A stretch of DNA of 64,000 nucleotides from Schmidtea nova (Eukaryota), in NCBI GenBank assembly GCA_044892505.1, contig CM097883.1, positions 283,030,001 through 283,094,000 on the forward strand. Direction: 5' to 3'. Positions within the stretch are counted from its first letter, which is position 1. Each line of letters begins with the position of its first letter. A model generated the notes under the pieces. It was given only the letters and a program-made list of their open reading frames with translations, did not search any database and was not told the DNA's origin. Shown piece by piece: positions 13,195-25,583 of this stretch. Made by a program: the position numbers and the translations under genes.

Positions 13195-16100
13195 CTCACT
13201 GAGAACAGGTAAGATTGACCTTATGGTATTCCCAATATCTCTCAAGTTTATATTTGCTAGTGGTCTGTCATGTGCATAGTTTTTGATGAAAGCACAAACA
13301 AATATGTTACAAATAAGACCTGAACCACGAACATCATGTGGACAGTTGCCAGTTACCACAGCACGATATAAAGAGCCTCGAATTTCAAACAGATGAGTAG
13401 TTATCATCAATTAATAATGTTGTTGGATTAAGATAATAATGCTCATCTGTGTTGTAGTCAATGACGAATAAAATTTCACGGGATTTAACGGGGGCCACAA
13501 TAGTAAATATGACTTGTGCCTTGGCAAGGTAATCAAAGTTTAGAAAATCACTCAAATATTGCGTGCAACCCTCAATGATAGCATTGCACATTGTGACGTT
13601 TAATAACATAAAGCTTTCTGATAAGTTTAAGTTTGTGTAGAAGTCTGTTATTGTTTTATCAGAGATTTTACAATTTATTAAGTTGAAGCCCTGACAAATC
13701 TCATTTGTTTGTTTGAGTTTAATAGATTTTAATGAGTTTAATACATCTTCATTCAAGATAATTTTACCAAAGATTAATTTTTCAAGCAAGGCCATAAAAA
13801 CTGAAGCAAGAAAGGTTGTATCCTCAGAATGAAAACAAGTGTGGCCGATATTATAATTAGGTTTAAATTTTACATTTTTACAGAGAAAAAATCTGTTTAA
13901 GTAGTCAGTGAGATTCTCACCAATACCTGATAGTCTTTCATTGATTATTCTACTTTGAAAATCAAACATGTAGCTGGCTTCATCAATGATGGAGAAAAGA
14001 AACAAGCACGAGTTCACACCATTAGGAATGACACTAATGATATGTTGAATACCAGTAAACTGTTTAAATGTCACATTTTCTCTTACAAACTCATCATTTT
14101 GTGATATTAACTGCATTGTCATTTCAGGTGTCAAAACGGAAATCTCACTTGAATTTTTAAACCAAACTTTAATAAGATACGATATACATGAATCTTGCTT
14201 ATATAAATATATCTGGTTTCCTTTGTTGGTGAAATTTGATAAATATTTAGGCTTAATAGGTTTGGAATCATGAAAAAGTAAACCACCACCAGATGTTTCT
14301 GGAATTTTTATTGATTGTTTCATTTGAAATTGATAAAGTTCTATCCTAATTTTTTCGATAAAGTTGTCAGGAAAGCATTTCCATTTCTTGCATATCATCA
14401 TGGCGTAGGCGCAGATGTAAGCCCCGCAATCGTAGTTGTTGTTTTGGTATTCAAAGTTATTATGAGGGTGGAAAGTTATTGAAGTTTTGAGATCAAATAA
14501 TCGATTAAGCGCCATATTGATTTTAAGGGCATTTGTTTTGTTTGTAAAGCTGTGCCGGTTCTGATAAATTGGATCGACAAATTACGACATCAGAGTGCAC
14601 TTACAATACACAAACAGGATCCAATGGGATTTATTTATGTTTATTGGACATAGTATAACTTGAGCTTTAAGAACATTTTCTGGAATTGGAAATATTTCTT
14701 CATCAAGAGTAGAGCACAAAATGCTCACAATAAAGCATTTAATAGGCGCATATTCTGGATTAGTGATGTGGCTCTCAAAATAATAATCAATATCATCATC
14801 AGTAAACCATATCTTTGTATCACGTATTACAGTTATATTATTTATTGTGCTTTCTGCATCAGTCTCTTTAGAGATTGGAGCAGATGTTGGGATTGATGCA
14901 GGCACGCGCCTTCATTTAGATTTGGATGTTGTTTTCTTGCTCTTGGTAGCTGGTTTAGCAAGGCAATTTTTCCAACTGAGCCGGGTTTGCTTCTGTATTA
15001 GTTGGTTCAATTTCATCTATATCTGTTGAAAGAATATTTTGAAAATATTGCTGTTTGTTTACTGGTGCTTAACTGGTCTGAGCATCAGCGGTGGTATAGG
15101 CTGATTCTTCGACATGAGTGTTGACAGTTTCACCAAGAATCTCCGGAATATCTGAGTCAGTTTCATTTATTTTCTCTTCAGCTGTGGTCTTGTTTATAAA
15201 TAATTCTAGAGTGCCAATTATTTGAGTGATGTATTTGCTCATTTCCATTGTACAAATCTTACGACAATGTTGTTTCTTATCTAATGACAAAATACAATAG
15301 CCACTTTCCCTATTTTCTTCAATATCGCTTGACTGAGATGTAAATTCATTTATGTTAATACTCAGTTTTTCAAGAGCTTTTAATTGCTCAGCCTTTTCAG
15401 GAAATAATTTCTCTATAACTGCTAGAAAGTTGTTGATTTCAACGATTGTTTTTGAAGGGATAATATTGTGTATTTTGTCTATCTCTCGTGATAATTTCAA
15501 CTGCTGAAGTTTTAAAAGTCGTTCTTGACAACTAGAAACATAGTATGAAGAGTCAGGAATCATAGCAACCATTTCTGGTCCCCATGTTTCAATATCGTCA
15601 ACATTCAATTATATACGAGTTTCTATGTTTACAATTGAATACATTAACAAGCAGTTACGGATATAGTTTTGCACATATTACTCATATGTCCCGTTTGATG
15701 TGTGTTTAAGATTGCCTTTTAATTTTAAGTCGTTAAGATAATATATTATATCAACCAGTTTCTGATTAGACTTTGGTTGATTCAGAATTGATCTGAATAC
15801 AACGTTATTGGCTGACATTTCAAGGAAGTTCAACAGGCCTAAGTTAAACATTATGTCGGATGCACCATCCTCTTCCAAGATAGCAGAATCATGAATTTTA
15901 TTGTTTATAATAAATTTACCCCCCCTCAAATGAGATTTGTTCAGGGAAGACCTTATGCAATTTTAAATCAATTATTAATTTAATAAGTAATTCAGGATTT
16001 TTTTCTATGTTTTTAGTAAAACATAGCATCTTTATTTCAGGAAATGAGTTAAATAAGTTTTTGATTTTTGAACAGGAAAGTTCTGAACTTGTTGGATTTG

Positions 16101-17100
16101 GATTAATACCATTAGATTCAGAGCCACTGAAAAGATCTAACATGAGAAAATCACCATCGGAAAACTTTATCTGAGATTTTATTAAGAAATCAGGAAGTTC
16201 TTTCCTCTGTTTCATGCTATTTAAAATGTTATTTATTTGAGAACCCTGGACTTTCACATTTGTGATGACAACAGTTTCAGCATGTTTATCTGATAAAACC
16301 CACAAGAAATTTTTAATTATCGACGAAGCAGGAACGAATGAAGTTTTATTATTGGACGACTTAACAATATTCGATCCAATAATAACAGTTTTGAACTTTG
16401 AATTATTATTTTTATTACCAACAGTCACTTTATTTATTTGAGTGAAATTTAAATTAACACATATATTCTGATTTCGATAGAAAAAGTGGTCAAAATATAA
16501 TATATTTAAGGGGTTATCTTTTCTTGAAATACTAAATAAATCATTATTAATATTATTATATTTAGTTTTAGATTCTCTTAATTTTAAAAGTTGAGAATAT
16601 TTAGGGTATATTTGAAACAATTTGTGTTTCTCTTTTTTAGTTAGTATTCTAACAGATCTTTCCAATTTCGATTTAATTTTATAAGATTTTAAAACCTTGT
16701 CATTATTAGTAAAATTTTCACCTTTTAAAATGCCTTTATTTAATAAAGCAATATCACTTTCATTAGAATAATTATTGGTAGAATTATCCAAGTCAATTAC
16801 ATTCACTTTAGTTGCATTACTTAGTTTATCTAATGATAACATATTAACTTTTCTAATGTTGTTATCAATTATAATTTCAAGATTATTAATTTTAGAAAAA
16901 CTATTATAATTATCCTGAAAAGTATAAGCATTTTCATTTTTATAGCCATCTTTATTTTTTACATTACTGCTTATATCTAAATTACTTTGATCTCGAACAT
17001 TACTTTTATCATTAAAATCATTTTCAATATCATAATCAAAACTGCAAGCATTACCAAAATATTTGTTACTCAAAGTTTAAATTTATTAACAAATAAATCA
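13195..17100 (-). mobile_element. Lineage-C non-LTR retrotransposon, broken copy (ORF1 + Ulp1-like domains; RT and RLE missing)
   Basis: 13195-13800 near-identical to 63360-63990; ORF1 pieces 14912-17073, ORF2 pieces 13171-14905 with HW/DP/QxxxxDCG protease motifs; 5' side joins tRNA-array spacer at ~17235. Confidence 0.9.
14847..14914 (-). promoter_or_regulatory. Putative UGA readthrough signal, lineage C (AAA TGA AGG CGC + 59-nt stem-loop)
   Basis: In-frame TGA at 14912-14914; arms GTGC-CTGCATCA and TGATGCAG-AAA-GCAC. Function inferred. Confidence 0.65.
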
Positions 17101-17343
17101 AACTTACATAAAATATTTTGAAATCCAAAGAAGAAAGATGGCCAATATCCATTTTTAAAATAATTAAAAGCCAATCGAAAATATAAAATTTGAAACTACT
17201 GATAAAATCAAGTAGTATATGATTGAAAATAATTGATGATGATTTATTGTCGAAATGATCTAGAAAAGTTGGGTTTTGAAATGAATTGGTTCGTAAAACT
17301 AAAAATAGCAAAATTGAAAATTGTTGAAAAATCCAAAAAATTA

Positions 17344-17398
17344 TGTCCCTGAGTGAGGATCGAACTCACGACCCTCAGATTATGAGACTGACGCGCTA
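17344..17398 (-). pseudogene. tRNA-Met: Degenerate 3' part (nt ~20-73) of tRNA-Met at the 3' junction of lineage B
   Basis: Matches array tRNA with a few mutations; stops at ...ACGCGCTA. Confidence 0.9.
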
Positions 17399-17732
17399 AT
17401 TAGACTTTTATTATTATAACAAATTTGATTTCAACAAAACACAAATGTTTTAAACGGAAAATCTATTCTACATGGAATAGTCCATAAGTGGTTTTTACAA
17501 CTTTCTGTGGATTTTATCTGAATATTTCTTCGGATATCTTCATCCGGCTCTGCGAATTTTCTTAGACTTGAATTTCAGGTCATCGGTCGGTTTTTCGCAG
17601 TCTCTCTCTCTACACTCTAACTCTCTTCAAAACGATTCATATAATTGCACAAACTAATTTATTTATTTACAAAAGTAATTTGGTATTTATAAACAAAGTT
17701 TAATTTTAATTACAAAAATTTATTTACATTAA

Positions 17733-20700
17733 TTACGCAAGGTCTGGAATAAAACCTCTAGTATGATGGTACCAGATTTTGGCCGCATATGCAATATTGC
17801 TTATATCACATTCTTTCAGCAGACCTTTACTTTGTTCTCTGGGACACCTGTTTTAACTAAAAGATAAGAGGTTTTTATGTCAACTGATCCTAAGGAGCCT
17901 ATTATGCATGTTAATAATTCAACTTTGTAATCTGGCATAACCTTTTGAATGTCTAATTTTAATTCATTATATTTATTTAAATTTAATTTATCAATCTGTT
18001 CATAGTTAGATACAGAACCGATTGGACACTTCACGTCAATTAGAAAGATAGTCTTTTTCTCTGTATTTGTGATTATCAAATCAACACGTTCAGTAGAGTT
18101 TGGGACAAGAGAGCACGCGTGATTAACAACTACAATTAAAGCTGGATTTTTTAGCTCTTTACAGATATTATCGAGACAGGAATTGTGACGACTAGTAGCA
18201 AGTGTCTGAATTATTTTACAGGTTTGAAGGACATGTAACATTGTCTCGTCTTCTAATTTACAACGACGACAAAGACGTTCCCCGTCAGTTTTAAACGGTT
18301 TGGCAAATGTTGAAAGTGTATTTGTCCGAGCACGATGGATAAATTTCCATTCAAACTCAGTCAAATCACTACGGAAAATTAATTTTATTGACGAATGGGC
18401 ACAGCTTTATTGCATATATCAGTAAGTTGCTGTTATTACTTTCTTCCCATTTTCCAAGTAAGAATCTTGAATGAAAAATCTTAGATACTGCTTTTCTTAA
18501 AGTTGGTAACACGATTCTTGTACCAGGTTCACCATTAACTGTTTCAAAAAGAATCTTGATATTATGAACTCTGCTAAAGTACGCGATTGATGTTCGTAGG
18601 CGATAGTATCTTGTTTTTCTGCTATTATGACTAGGTTTGCTTTCTTTTCCATTAACCCACTGCAAACTCTGAGAAAGAGTTGGGTTCTTTACTCCAAGTC
18701 CTGGACCTGTCACAAATAACAGTAAATCTGTGCTTATTTTTTTGAATAACCACAAGTCGACGTTAATAAACGAAAAAAAGTACACAATTGTTTGCGCGTG
18801 ATATACGTCTAAAAGATCAATGCATCCAGCTCCTCCATGTTCAACAGAATTATAGAAGTAACTGATCTCAGAGTGATTTAGTAGATTCAGTATCCTTCGC
18901 AACTGACTTCTCAATAAGCTGGTATTATTGACATTAATCTTTGGATTTTTAGATGGATCAGTAAGAGAGCTGGTTTTGATTTCTCTTGTCCTAAATAGGA
19001 ATATTAGACGAGAATGCAAAAAGATCTTGTAAGCCTTGAGTTTCTGCCAGCCATAGAGATCAGAGTTTGCAATTTTCTTTGTATCCTCAATGACTTTTTT
19101 TAACGATTTCGTATGGACTCTGATCATTGTTATCGCCTATTGGGACGCCCAGATATTGGTAAAAGTCATTGTTGGTAATTTTCTTAATATATTTGTTATT
19201 GACATGAATTTCGGTAATGGTTTCTGCTTTTGGGTATTCGATATAAGCACACTTTTCTGGACGATATTCGAATCCAATTTCATTAGCAGTATTAACAGAC
19301 ACGTCAAATAAATTTTGTAGATCAACAGTATTTGTGGCAACAAGAGCAATGTCACCAGCATATGCCAATACTTGTACAGAAGATGTACCAATCATGAATG
19401 GATTAATGCTAGATGAAGTAACAGCATTCAGTACAGGGTTTATGGCAATTGCAAAGAGGATCATTGATATTGGACAACCTTGCTTGACTCCTTGTTTAAT
19501 TTCAATGTTTGGAGACTGGAGTTTATTACAGCAGTAAAATGAACTTGTTCCAGTATACAAAAGTTTAATTATATCAACAAAGTCGTTACTAACAATTATG
19601 TGACGGAGAAGTGACCACATATAATCATATGGAACACTTCCAAAGGCATCCTTTATATCCAGCCAAGCAATAGAAACTGGTGATGATTTGCAAGATTTAG
19701 TGTATTCAACAATCGCAGAAAGTACTGAATTATGTTCAATGCAACCTTCATATTCTGAACCACCTTTCTGGCCAATATGCAACATGAAGTTATCTTTAGT
19801 CCAGGTGCCAAGACATTTTGCAAGAATAGAAGCAAAGAATTTATAGAATCCTGAAAGAAGAGCAATTGGACGCCATGAGGAGACTTTATGATACTGTTCA
19901 TTTTTATCCGGCTTAGGAATTAAAATTGTTTTGAATGATTTCCAGCTAGTTGGAATCATCTTTGTTTCGATAATTTTATTATAGAGAAATGATAAAAGTT
20001 TTCCCTCAGGATCAAGTAAAGCAAGGTCTTTATAGCATATATTATTGAGTCCTGGTGAAGTATTATCAGCTTTCTGAAGGATTGATAAGACATCTTTAGG
20101 CGTAATTTATCTAGATTTAATATTATTTTAGAGATCTTACTAAATTTATGAATATTCTCCCAATTATTAATTAAAGGATCAGGTAGACTGAATGAGTCGA
20201 TTATATCCTGAAAGCTAAGTTCCTCAGACACGCTGTCATCATTTAAAATTCTATATACTGTCCCTTCCATATTACTCATGAATTCAGTAGAATTTTAAAA
20301 TTTATTTACTTTATTAAATTTTGTCCCTAAATATGGTGTAGGGATTTTATTCTGAATTTGATTTTGAAGTCGTGGAATATTATCGATATGGTGTTGATAA
20401 TCTCGTCTAAATTGGAATTTGACAATTTAATTAAAAGTCTATTTACCTTTTCCTTACGCTGGAGTAAATTTAATGTTGAGGCCCTAACTGCTTTTAATTT
20501 GATGCGTCTCTCATTTTCGACATTATAGATTTTGGTAATTATTGGAACTAAAGATTCGATAACATTACCAATTTCATGTAACTTTATATTTGTTAAGGGT
20601 ATATCCAGCGTAAAGTTTCGAATAAAGGCACAGATTAGTAGTTTATTGAAAAGCCCAGACCCCTTTATGTCATGAGGACATGTAACATTAATCATTGCAC

Positions 20701-22277
20701 GTCCAACACTTTCTCTCAACTCATTGATTTTAAGTCGTATCCTATTGCAGTAGCGTTCTGTAATCGGATTTATTTCAAGAGTTACTGGACTTAAAATGTA
20801 GTGTTGATCTGCTTCATAATCAATTACCATAAGTAAATCATGAACTGTTGGAGGGGAAATTATTGTAAAATTTACGTCTGCTTTCATCATAGACTCAATA
20901 TTCAAAAAGTCCTTCAAATATTGAGTGCAATCATCAAAGATTGCACTGCGTAACGTTTTGTTAAACAGGATATATTTGTCAGATAATTTTAGATTAGTAA
21001 AATATTCATCTATGATGTTATCAGTTATTTTACCATTGATTAGACTGAGGCCAGGAGAAATTTCGCTGCACGCTTTGCTTTTAATTTTACTAAGCACCAC
21101 AAACACTTTATCATGATCGAAAATTCTCTGAAAAACTAATCTTTCAACTAGCACAATGAACATTGATGCAAAGTATTGATTATCATAAGAGAAGAATGTT
21201 GTATGCGAAATTTCATGATTAGCCTCAAATTCAATTCTTCGATTAAGAAAAAATTGATTGAGATAATCAGTAATTTTTCAGCCAATTTCCCTTAGCCTCT
21301 CATCTATATTTCGATAATTAAAATCAAAAATATAGCTTGTGTTTAATTTAGTAGAGTAGATAGAAAGGCACCAGTCATTGAATTTAGGGATAATACTGAT
21401 GACATGTTCAATTCCTTTAAATTGTTTGAAAGTTACGTAGTCTTTTATATAGTTGTCATTTTGCGCAATAAGATTATTTGTTAATTCCACACTCAGAACT
21501 GCTATTTGAGTATTAGTCTCATAATATTTCGTAATTAAGGATGATATGCATGGATTTTCGTTCATTAAGATTTTGGCAACTTTTACAGAGTTATTTATTG
21601 CTTTCTTTTTAGCAATTGCTTTCTTGATATTAATTGCTGTTACATCCATTGGCCGATTAGCACCCCCTAACAATTTCGGCGTCTGCTTTTGGTATTGATG
21701 AACATCTTCTCTAATTTCTTCGATGAACCCATCTGGAAAGTAGTTCCACTCTCTGCTAATAATCACTGCATAAGCGCAAGTGAAAGGCCCAGTCGAAGCT
21801 GTTGTCTTGGTATTTAAGATAGTTGTGGGGATTTGGTAATATTCTCGCGTTTAAGTTGAAGTCCATATTGATTGCAATGTTCAATTTTCGAGTCATTTGT
21901 TTATTGATCAGCTTGTTGCGAATATTAAAAATTGGATCAATGAAGTAGGAAGACAGAGATTTCCTACAATAGACAAAAAGGATCCAATGTGAGTTGTTGA
22001 TGTTGATGGGACAGAAGATAACTTAGGCTCTTGTAAGTGATGGGGGTATTGGAACAATCTCTTCTTGAATGTTTGAACAGAGAATGCTCACTAGATAACA
22101 TTTGATATGTGCATGGATTGGATTTTCAATGTGGTTCTCCAGATACCGGTCAATATCAAAATCGGCAAACCACATTTCAGAATCGCGATCTTTATGCAAT
22201 AAACTATTAATAATTATTGTGCTCTCTGCATCAGTCTCATTTGGAGAAACGACTGAGGCTTGAGCTGATGCAGGCAC
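17733..22277 (-). pseudogene. Lineage-B ORF2 (Ulp1-like x3, RT, CCHC knuckle, RLE), multiply frameshifted
   Basis: WRPIALL, QGVKQGCP, YAGD (degraded YADD), CRRC..H..C, ERVDL..DVKCP, ends KIWYHHTRGFIPDLA* at 17733. Confidence 0.9.
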
Positions 22278-22286
22278 ACATCCTCA
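22219..22286 (-). promoter_or_regulatory. Putative UGA readthrough signal, lineage B (AAA TGA GGA TGT + 59-nt stem-loop)
   Basis: In-frame TGA at 22284-22286; arms GTGC-CTGCATCAG and CTGATGCAG-AGA-GCAC. Function inferred. Confidence 0.65.
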
Positions 22287-24789
22287 TTTAGCAATTGAGG
22301 TTTGTTTCTTTAAAGCTGTTGTTTTTGATTTTGATGCAGTTTTTTTGGTTATTTTCTGAGTTTCATTTACGCAGTCAGTGTTGGATTCTAAGCTGGTAAT
22401 AGCATTTAGTAGGCAGTTTCCACAGACATTAACATTTACTCCTTCTTTAATAACTAGGCATTTTTCCAGTGTGTTTCCACATTTAATGCACTTGATATCG
22501 TCATTTATTATTATGACTTCTTGCGTATTGACGATTTCAACAGGTTCTTCAATGTTGTCAATATTTTCTTCGATTTTTTCTTCAGTATTAACTTTAATAA
22601 CAATTTGCGTCAGTTCTTTTACGATATTCGAAATTTCATTTGCCATTTCCGACGTGCAATGTTTTTTGCAGTTTTCAAAGAGACGAAACTTGATTTTTGC
22701 TTTTTAATCTTTTAAAGTCTCTCAACATAAAATAGATTAATCTCTTTGATTTTGATCCATGCATATCATCGGAAACCTTGATATTATTTAAAGTTTCCAT
22801 TAATTTATTTACAATTTTACCGTGTTCGATTTCATTCGGATATTTTATGTCAATAATATCAAGAAAGATGTTTAGAGAAGATATCTTTTCAGGAGAAATT
22901 AGGTTGTGAATCTTATTAATTTCACCAGATATCTTCCATTGTTTGAGTTTAAGGAGCTTTTCCTGGCAACTAACAAAATAATATGACAATTTTGGGATTT
23001 TTTCAACAATATTTGCCCCCAATATTCAAAGTCATCTATTGAAAGTAACGATATATCGTTTAGTGAACATGTCGATGTTATCAAGCTACAGTTTCTTATA
23101 TAGTTTCTAACATAGTCAGCATATGTTTGATTTTGTAAGAATTCCAGAGACCCTGTTAGTCCTAAATAATTAAGATAAAAAACAATTTCAACAGTTTTAG
23201 AATGACAGTTGTTTTTTAACAAAAGCAATTTTAAATTGTCATCATTGTTGGACATTGCCACAAGATCAAATAGACCAAGATTGAACATAATATCAGGTGC
23301 AGAAATTATTTCAGTTTTAGTTTCATTCGATTGGTAAAATTTCCCATCCTGATAGAAGATGTTGTTTGGAAATTTACTATTTTTCTTAAGATCAGTAATG
23401 ATTTTAACAATAAAAGATGATTTTGATACTGAATTCTCAACAAAGCAAGCTTTTGATAGAAGGAAACGTTGAATATAGTTTACTAGTCTAAGATCTCGAA
23501 CGTTCACTAGCATTCATCAAAAAGTCAATATTTTCTGTAGATTTAATATCTGGATTTGTCAAATCTAGCAGAACAAAATCACCGTTTTTGTATTTTATTT
23601 TAGACCTTATCAAGTAATTAGGCAGTTGTTTGTTATTTATCAATTCAGTTAATATTTTATTGATTTTATTTCCCCTCTGTTTCTCATCTTTGATTGATAC
23701 AGTTTCAGCTAAATCTGCAGATAAATTAAAAAGAAACTTTTTAATTGACATAGGAGCAGCAATATAAACTGAAGAGGGAAATATTTTAATTATATTATCA
23801 TCACTTAAAGTTATTCTTTTAGCCGATACTTCAAGTTTATAAGATTTCAATTTATTTCGATTTTCATTATTATTTGATATAGAATGACTTTCAATATTCA
23901 GGGCCACACATAAATTTGAATTTCTATAAAAGAAATATTCAAATTCATGGATATTTATTAGGTTATTTCTCAATTCACTTGTTAATAAAATGTTGTTTAT
24001 TTTATTTAATTTTTCTCTAGATTCTTTAAGTTAAACTAGAGTAATAATTTCAGGGAAAGCTTTGAAAAGTCGCTGCCGTTCCCGCCTTGTAATGATACGG
24101 ACAAACGTTTTAAAAGTATATGAATTTTTACCATTATAATATTTTGAACTTTCACAGATTTGTGATTGCCTGTGACAGAAATCCTCAAATTTTATATTTA
24201 GGTAATTTTAGCTTTAGAATTTTGTGATTTCTCTTCAGAATTTATTTCAGGATTTTATAGTTTAGAATCCTTGTAGATAATATTAGATTATTATCTAAAT
24301 TAATTAAGTTATTTACATTATCTTTATTTAAATTCAAAATATCGCAATCATTTTTATTTACATTAGATTTAATATTACAATTAAGGTATTTAAAATTACA
24401 TAAATTTGTGCAATTTTAATCATTCAAAAGAGAATGAAAATGAGACAAAAAAAATTCTAACTTTTCCGAAAATTTCGAAATCCGTATTTCCAAAGCATGA
24501 ATATGTGAATTAGAAAAATCATTATCAGCAGATGAACATAATCCAAGTACGTTAGTTTAAAGTAATTTTTTAACCGAGCAATCAAGATTCTGAATAGGAT
24601 CACCGACAGAAGAAAGATAAGTTGAATTTCCATGAGAAACGTAATCCAAAATCGCTTGAGAAAAACGAATTTGTGAATTCAAAATAGAAATTAGTCCAAT
24701 ATTGTAATTTAATTTACTTTCCATGGTTGATTGATTTTGATATTGACTGACTTCATTTCAGCAAGCATATCGGTTGATTGATTAGTCAT
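22284..24789 (-). pseudogene. Lineage-B ORF1, frameshifted
   Basis: Fragments share FFYRN, AP..I.KFL..LS..LAETV, DIMFNLGLFDL, SCQEKLLK motifs with lineage A/C ORF1; candidate ATG at 24789. Confidence 0.85.
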
Positions 24790-24988
24790 CAGCAATAGAA
24801 TTTCTAACTTGGCGTTAAGTAGAGTTACACTTTTCTTTTCTTTTCGTATTCAATGTTTCTTATTCAAGTCAAAATCATGATGATGATTTATTGTCGAAAT
24901 GATCTAGAAAAGTTGGGTTTTAAAATGAATTGGTTTGTAAAACTAAAAATAGCAAAATTGAAAATTGTTGAAAAAATCCAAAAAATTA

Positions 24989-25061
24989 TGCCCCGAGTGA
25001 GGATCGAACTCACGACCTTCAGATTATGAGACTGACGCGCTACCTACTGCGCTATCGAGGC
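24989..25061 (-). tRNA. tRNA-Met: Elongator tRNA-Met (CAT)
   Basis: GCCTCGATAGCGCAGTAGGTAGCGCGTCAGTCTCATAATCTGAAGGTCGTGAGTTCGATCCTCACTCGGGGCA; cloverleaf, G1:C72 and TTC T-loop indicate elongator; T6 terminator follows. Confidence 0.97.
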
Positions 25062-25231
25062 GTTAAGTAGAGTTACACTTTTCTTTTCGTATTCAATATA
25101 TCTTATTCAAGTCAAAATCATGATGATGATTTATTGTCGAAATGATCTAGAAAAGTTGGGTTTTGAAATGAATTGGTTTGTAAAACTAAAAATAGCAAAA
25201 TTGAAAATTGTTGAAAAAATCCAAAAAATTA

Positions 25232-25304
25232 TGCCCCGTGTGAGGATCGAACTCACGACCTTCAGATTATGAGACTGACGCGCTACCTACTGCGCTATCG
25301 AGGC
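25232..25304 (-). tRNA. tRNA-Met: tRNA-Met (CAT), T66A variant
   Basis: Array copy with one acceptor-stem mismatch. Confidence 0.9.
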
Positions 25305-25474
25305 GTTAAGTAGAGTTACACTTTTCTTTTCGTATTCAATATATCTTATTCAAGTCAAAATCATGATGATGATTTATTGTCGAAATGATCTAGAAAAGTT
25401 GGGTTTTAAAATGAATTGGTTTGTAAAACTATAAATAACAAAATTGAAAATTGTTGAAAAAATCCAAAAAATTA

Positions 25475-25531
25475 TGCCCCGAGTGAGGATCGAACTCACG
25501 ACCTTCAGATTATGAGACTGACGCGCTACCT
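25475..25531 (-). pseudogene. tRNA-Met: tRNA-Met nt 17-73, interrupted by lineage-A copy 1
   Basis: Truncated at ...GCGCTACCT. Confidence 0.93.
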
Positions 25532-25583
25532 TTTAAAATTTTATTAATACAACAAGTTTTTTTATCTTTCTTTTTGAGAGGGC

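Larger units (their letters stand above)
17399..24810 (-). mobile_element. Lineage-B non-LTR retrotransposon, full-length but decayed, inserted in one tRNA-Met gene
   Basis: Bounded by tRNA nt ~20-73 (left) and tRNA nt 1-3 + upstream spacer (24811 onward); contains ORF1, Ulp1, RT, CCHC and RLE fragments in order. Confidence 0.9.
24811..25531 (-). repeat. tRNA-Met array segment 1 (243-bp unit)
   Basis: Units at 243-bp spacing (24989, 25232, 25475). Confidence 0.97.
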
